Of a DNA stretch of 64,000 bases, positions 57,629 through 64,000 are shown one piece after another. The notes beneath the pieces were generated by a model. It was not told the DNA's origin and made no database searches. It was given only the letters and a program-made list of their open reading frames with translations. Numbering within the stretch: the first letter of the stretch is position 1; each line of letters opens with the position of its first letter. The position numbers and the translations under genes are program-made. The DNA is from Macrostomum lignano (taxonomy: Eukaryota), in the NCBI GenBank assembly GCA_002269645.1, contig NIVC01000714.1:124001-188000 (forward strand), written 5' to 3'.

Positions 57629-60600
57629 CACTGCCGCCTTCACTATCGCAGTCTTTACAGTGGCGTCGCAAGCAGAGCCTACCCCTTCGGTTAGCCACAA
57701 TGGCGCATTTCATCTCCCTGCCACCGCCTGAGCAATTCAGCACAAATACTGATCAAACAAAACATCTTTAAACGGTGGACCGTGTGGGCCGATCGCTTCC
57801 GCGACTTTATCGATGCATCCGGAATTACGGCCGAAACCCAGAAGTGCAAACTGCTATCCTACACGGCAGGCAGGGAGATCGCCCAAATCGTCAAGGACCT
57901 GCCGGACGACAAGAAAGACAGCCTCAGCAACTTGCTGGCCGCTCTTACAGCACACTTTGACGAACGCAAGCGTATCGTCTTTGCCTGCTACCAGTTAAGA
58001 CTTTGCGTGCAGCAGACTGGAGAGCCAGTGGACGCCTGGTAAGCTAGACTAAAGGCAGCTGCTGAAGCCTGCGAGTTCTCCACCCAGAAGGATTCTCTCA
58101 TTAGAGACCAGATCGTCGCAACTTGCTGCTCCGACAAGCTCAGACGGCGACTGCTCCAGGAGAGCAAAATCGCATTGAACGATGCTCTCAGACAGGCTCG
58201 CGCACTAAAAGCCGCAGAAGAGCAGGCCACAGCCATGGAGAGCAGCAGCAGCAGCATCGCAGCCATTCACAAGTCGGCATCAAACCAGCGCAAAGACCAG
58301 CCACAGCCAAACAACCAGAGGCCGGCATTCGCCTTCAACACCACCTGCTACCGCTGTGGAGAGCGCGGCCACAGCAGTTGCGGCGCCGCGAAAGGGAAGA
58401 CCTGCTCGTCATGCGGCAAGCCCAACCACCTCGCAAAGGCCTGCAGGCAACGCCGGCAGCAGAACTCTTCCAGCATCAACGTGGTTGCGAATAACACGGA
58501 CGGCAGCTCAATCTATGTCTCGCCCGACAACCTCACCGAAGAAGCATTCTCGATCCAGACGCCGACTGCGTCGTCAGGGCAGAGATCGGCCAACATGCGC
58601 CTGCAGATCGAAGGGAAAGAATTTAACGTACTGGTCGACAGCGGCGCGAGCTGCAATGTCATGAGCGAGCAGAACTTCCAACACCTGCAGCACGTTCCCC
58701 TGCGTGGCGCCACCCAGCAGATCTTCAGCTATGGCTCATCAAAACCGCTGCAAGTGCTTGGCCTTGCCGATCTAACTCTCCGCACCGACTCAGAGAAGCT
58801 ACAAGCCCCGTTCTTTATCACAAAGGGCAGTGGCATCACTCTGCTTGGGCGCAACACCGCCTTCGACATGGGAATCCTACACATCCAGCAGCCGGCCCGA
58901 CAGATCAACGCTGTGAAACCTCGTGACAGCGCTGAATCCTCGACATTGAAGAAGCTACTCGCCAAACACGACCAAAATCTGGACAACAACCTACAACCAG
59001 ACTTACGGTTAGGCAACATACTTCGCAAGTTCCAGCCAGTTTTTGAAGGCCTTGGCCGGGTCAAGGACGTTGAAGTCAACGTTCGGCTGCGCCCGGAAGC
59101 CGTGCCAGTGTGCCATCCACCATCCAGGATACCCGTCCACCAGCGACAGGCCGTCATCGACGAGCTACAACTCCTGCTAGATGAAGGCATCATCGAGCGC
59201 GTGCATGGGCCTTCACCGTGGGTCTCCCGGATGGTTGTCGTGCCAAAGGAGTCTGGCGGCATTCGCATTTGCCAGGATCTTCGCAATGTCAACTCTTTTG
59301 ACGTGCCGGAAAAGCAGCCGATCCCGACCTTCGAAGAAATCACTGACGACATGGCGGGCTCGACCGTATTTAGCGAGTTAGACATCACGAAAGCCTTTTA
59401 CCAGATCCCCGTGAGCCCGGAGTCCCGCCACCTCTTCACCTTCAGCACCCCGCTAGGCCTCATGCGACTCACCAGGCTCAGCATGGGTTTCACCAACGCG
59501 TCGGAATTGCTGCAGAGAGTCATGACAGGAGTCCTCAGCGGCCTAAATGGTGTCAGGTGGGCCCACGACGACATCAGGATCTTCACGCGCAACATGGCCG
59601 AACACAACAGCCGTTTGAAGGCGTGCCTCCAGCGCCTCAGAGACCACAGGATCACCCTTAACCCCGATAAGTGCCGTCTCGCCCAACCTTCCATCGAATT
59701 CCTCGGAATGCGCACAGCGCCGGCGGCGTTCAGCCAACAGAGGAGAAAATAAAGGCGCTCAAGGCCTTCAAGGAGCCGACGAACACATCGGAGCTACACT
59801 CATTCCTTGGGCTGGCAACCTACCTGCCAAGGTTCATCCCTAACTTCTCCGACCTGGCTCAACCGATGCGAGAGCTGCTCAAGAAGGGCCACGTCTGGAG
59901 CTGGACGGACAAGCAGCAAGAAGCCTTCAAACAAACTAGGGCCGCCATTTGTTCAGAAAACATTCTGGCCTTCTTCGACGTCAACATGGAGACGGAGGTG
60001 CAAGTGGACGCCTCGCCGGTCGGCCTCGGCGCCATCCTAAGCCAGACGGACAAGAGAGGAGTCCGCAGACCTATCGCCTTCGCCAGCAGATCGCTGACGG
60101 CCGTCGAGCAACGGTATGCTCAGATAGAGTGGGAGGCACTTGCTGTGAAGTTTGGCTGCCTCCGATTCGAGCACTACCTGAGCGGCTGCCCAAGGTTCAC
60201 CATCGTGACAGACCACCGCCCACTGGTACCACTCTTCCAGCCGGGGTCTCGGCCGCCGCCCAGAATCGAGCGTATGGCACTGAGAGTGCAGCACCTCAGC
60301 TTCAACATCATCTACCAGCCTGGGCCGCAGAAACCAGCCGACGTGCTCAGCAGCCAGCCGCAAATGCAGACAACCGACAACCCCGGCGAAGTGCTCGACC
60401 GGCAGTTCATCAACGCCATCGCCCTCGGATCGACGCCACAAGGTCTCAGCTTCGAGTCAATCAAGCAGGCGGCCAGGCTCGACAGTGTCACTCAGGCAGC
60501 CATCTCGGCACTTCAGACCAACCAGTGGACCAGCAACGACCATGAGCTCCGTGCGCTTGCCTGCATCCGGCAAGAACTGTCGGCCCACGACGGCGTTCTG

Positions 60601-62032
60601 CTTCGTGGTTCTTCGATCATCGTGCCAGCGATTCTTCGGCGAGTAGTACTCCAGCTGGCGCACAAAGGCCATCAGTGCTGGCGGAAAACTCTAGATCGGC
60701 TTCAAACGAAGGTGTGGTGGCCAGGCATGAGGGGCGACTGCCAGGTCTTCGTGCAAAGCTGCCTCGCCTGCCAAGCAAAGTCGCCTAAAACTACCAATCC
60801 GCCGCCTCTTCAGCCCTCGCAGCTCCCCGCCCCGACGGAGCCTGGCTCGTCCTCGGCATGGACTTATACGGTCCGGTGCAGGACAAAATGCTGCTAGTGA
60901 TAACAGACCTTTACTCAAAGTTTCCAGAGATCAACATCGTCAGTTCGACCTCCGCAGAGGCTGTGCTTCCACACCTGAAAACTCTCTTCAGCAGGTACGG
61001 CATCCCACAAGAAATCATCAGCGACAACGTCCCACCCTTCAACTCTGCAGAGTTCCACAACTTTCTCGCTGAGCACGGCGTCAAGCACCGCCGCATCTGC
61101 CCGCTGCACCCGGAGGCCAACGGAGCGACCGAGCGCGTCAACCGATGCGTCAACAAGGTCGTCAGGGCGGCCATCGCCGAAGGCCGCAGCTGGCGCAGTG
61201 CCCTAGACGACTGGCTCCTCGCATACCGCGTCACTCCTCATTCGGCAACACGAGTCGCGCCGGCCGAATTGCTATTGGGCCGGACCTTCAACGACACCGT
61301 CCCGTCGGCGCGACCCTCGCAGCCCGTGTGCTATCATCGCACACAGCTGACCCAGCGACACTTGGCCAACACCAGAGCGATGGCCAGGGACTTCAACCGT
61401 TCCCAGAGGGCCAAGGCCTGCAGCGTGAGGCCGGGTACTGCGGTGCTACGGAGGCGGAATCAGCGAACAAAGACTCAGACACCCTTCGAGGTCGAGCCCT
61501 GGACCGTCGTGGACAGGCGGGGTGACTCCTACGTGCTACAACAGGGCGACCGCATCTGCACTCGACACCTGACGCACATCCGCCCGCTGGTGGCGGCAGA
61601 GAGCGCTGCGGCGAACGCAGAGCCGACGCCGCCAGAATGCGGCATTGCCCAGCGGCCGCATCCCCGCGCGGCCAAAGACAAGCCAATCTGCTACAAGGAC
61701 TGATTAGGGGTTGGGGCTGAGTAAGGATTGGAACTGCTTCGATTACTGTCGTTCGGGCTTTTATCCCCGTCTTTATTTCTTTCTGCTTTGGGAGAAGTGT
61801 TATTGCCACCTGGTTGAATTAGCCTAGCGGGGTGGTGCCTGTTCCTAGCGCTCTCTCTCTCTCTCGCCCGCTCTGTCCTAATCAATATCGTAGCAATGTA
61901 CATGTTCAGGAATTTACGCATCGGTCACTGTCGCCTAACAAATATATATATATGTTGGGCCCACGGCCATATGGGGCCTTAAGCTTTTCGTTTCGCGCTC
62001 ACACTGCCGCCTTCACTATCGCAGTATTTACA
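57629..62032 (+). mobile_element. Ty3/Gypsy (Mag-like) LTR retrotransposon, near complete, several frameshifts
   Basis: gag with two CCHC-type knuckles (CYRCGERGH; CSSCGKPNHLAKAC), protease VLVDSGAS, RT (FSELDITKAFYQI...RLSMGF...HDDI), RNase H (VQVDASPVGLGAIL), integrase (HKGH...WWPGM..C..C; DLYGP; SDNVPPF; ANGATER). 3' LTR 61798-62032 (TGT...ACA) after PPT GGGAGAAG; only the last ~31 bp of the 5' LTR remain (57629-57659), followed by PBS-like TGGCG. Confidence 0.92.
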
Positions 62033-62039
62033 GTGTCGA

Positions 62040-62960
62040 TTCGATGCACTGTGTCGAGTTTGACCACATCGGCAGGCGGCAGTCGGCCTCCCTCCACGTA
62101 GGTGAAGGTATCCTGGAAGCGGTCGATCAACTGCCTGATTCATGTGTCGCAGTCTGTCGGATAGACTGGTGTGACGGTAAACGATAAGATGCTGAAGGTG
62201 GTCACTGGAAATTCTAGCGTATGGAGTCTCGTCGTAGGGTCTGCCAGCCGTCTTGCCTTGCAGTCTACCAACAGTTCGAAATGTGAGAGGAAATCGTAGC
62301 CTAGTATTGGACGGACGACGGAGGCCACGAGGAAGGTAAAACGGAAGGAACGTCGAAGGCCACGAATCGCTATTTCAAGTGGAGTTTCGCCTGCGACGGG
62401 AACAGGGTCACCTGTGGCGGTGGTAAGCTGGTATCCCGTTGCGCGGACGTTGTTGCTGAGATACTGAGGTGGGATGATGAAAACTGCTGCACCGGTGTCG
62501 ACTAAGAATGACAAACGACGCGCATCGAAAACGAGGTCTACAACGAGGCAGGACTTGCTCGCCGCTAGATCGGTGGCACTGCTCACTGCGGCATCATGGG
62601 TAGTGCCCTGCCGTTTCCCGTGGCGGGGCGTTCTGGCGAGTTCGTATGTGACTGAGCTGGAGTCCGCTCGTTGGGACCCAGAATCCTTGGCTGCGGTCCG
62701 TTGTGCTTGCGTGGGAACTGACACCAGCGGCGGCAGGTGCGCGACCGGGTGCCGTAGTAGAGGTGTCCGCAGCAGACGACTGGGCGCAAGCCTGGATGGA
62801 ATGGTGCCACGGCGACGTCTGTGCAGTATCCTGAGGCGTGCTGGACGCGGGCTGCCGGGCCTGTTCACGGGGTTGAGCTGGTGTAGTTTGAAGGCGGGCC
62901 GGTTGATACGAGAACGGATGCGATGTCCTCCGGCAGTTCGCAGATGAGATGGCTGAAACG
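62040..62960 (-). mobile_element. Second Ty3/Gypsy fragment (gag end/protease, CsRn1-like)
   Basis: FLVDTGAAVFIIP...LRRSFRFTFLVASVVRPILGYDFLSHFELLVDCKARRL is a typical Gypsy aspartic protease; truncated by the neighbouring LTR. Confidence 0.8.
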
Positions 62961-64000
62961 TCTCTTTTCGGACTTAATGCCGAAGAACAGTAATAGTTTC
63001 CAGTCCCTTCTTTCTATGGTAAATTTATATCACAGAAGTCTTCTCTGGGTAAACTAACGGTTTTTCTAACTCTAGATAATACACGTAGTCCCTTGATTGC
63101 CAACATTTGTAGGACATTGTCGATCTAATTTCGCCAATGATAATTATGTCTCTGTTGTACTTACTGCAGTAAATATTATGCAAGCTCTTTGCCTATCGTT
63201 TATGGTGTATCTTTAAGGTCAACTTATGTGGGACAAAGTGTTATTCTGATACAATTGTTTTTATTGATAAAAAGTAAAACTCGAAAGTCGATGTTTAAAA
63301 GACTGCATGAACTTCTGTAGGTGACGCTGTTTGAATTTCATTAAAAATGATGGTTATATCTTTATTTTTCACTGCTTTGATTTTGCATCATAAAAAGTAC
63401 AAAAAAGTGGTAGGCTTTTTGAGTGGTGGAGGGACTACTTAAGTTTTATGAAAAGCATGAAAGCAGGTAGTTTTTTTCGGCGCAGACTTAGGTTAAGATA
63501 TAACAAACGCGGGACAGTTTAGATTTCAAAAAATACACATGTTTTATGTTTTCGCGAAAAAATAGAAGGCAGAAATACCTACAAGAAAATATCTCAGTTG
63601 GGCAGAAGGTACTTACTTACTCGTTGTAAAGGGATTGGGAATTTAAGCGAAAAAAACTGAAAATGTGCGGCTAGTGCCCAGTATGCGTCACACGCAAAAG
63701 GGCGCGAATTTAAACGTGGCGCTGCCGATCATAAAAGGTTTTGGACATAGAGGCAAAAAAGCGACACGAAATTTTTTTACTTGCTTCTACCGGAGGGAGC
63801 TTTCTGCAGGAGAGTTAAACAAAATAATTAATGAATAAAGAAGATGAGGAACTACCGGTTCAATCAGAGGCAATAATAACGAAAAAAGTTATTCTGTAAT
63901 CAGGAATGCTACAATTTAGCAAAGCAAGGCCACAGGACAATAGAAGAAATTAAAACAAAGTGCCATTCAGATCACGCATTGAAAATTTCGTACAGTACTT

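Noticed and set aside
59560-59580. Gypsy RT active site reading AHDD rather than YxDD
   Set aside because: Non-tyrosine residues before DD are common in Mag-like elements; not remarkable.
63000-64000. Unique AT-rich terminal region, possibly the start of another DNA transposon (GGACTACTTAAG..)
   Set aside because: No second terminus or ORF within the window.

Overview
Eukaryotic (metazoan) genomic DNA, rich in repeats and transposons. Short GC-rich exons separated by satellite-filled introns resemble a free-living flatworm such as Macrostomum, but that is inference only. Host genes reconstructed by eye: the first coding exon of PDS5 (- strand, running off the left edge), a complete ~16-exon calmodulin-dependent phosphodiesterase PDE1 (+, 13030-21654), a two-exon divergent HP1/chromobox gene (-, 46692-47612) and a six-exon peroxisomal DHRS4 (-, 48340-55594). 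Between PDE1 and HP1 lies an accessory ~22-kb block of tandemly duplicated segments. It carries four paralogues of a small, intronless, TATA-driven gene encoding a stand-alone Tox-ART-HYD1-like ADP-ribosyltransferase domain (H-Y-D class, known mainly from bacterial polymorphic toxins). One copy has the full H-Y-D triad, one has D>N, one is an intact ORF with the catalytic GxY motif replaced in frame, and one is a truncated pseudogene. A decayed intronless dUTPase sits inside the same block. Mobile elements: hAT MITEs (one with a perfect 8-bp TSD), long-TIR foldback elements, a THAP/P-superfamily transposon remnant, two RTE-type LINE remnants, an RNase H-bearing LINE 3' end, two tRNA-derived SINE families (one CORE-like), a solo LTR, a TRIM-like miniature LTR element, a near-complete Mag-like Ty3/Gypsy element and a second Gypsy fragment. 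Coordinates for repeats and degenerate elements are approximate and were read by eye.
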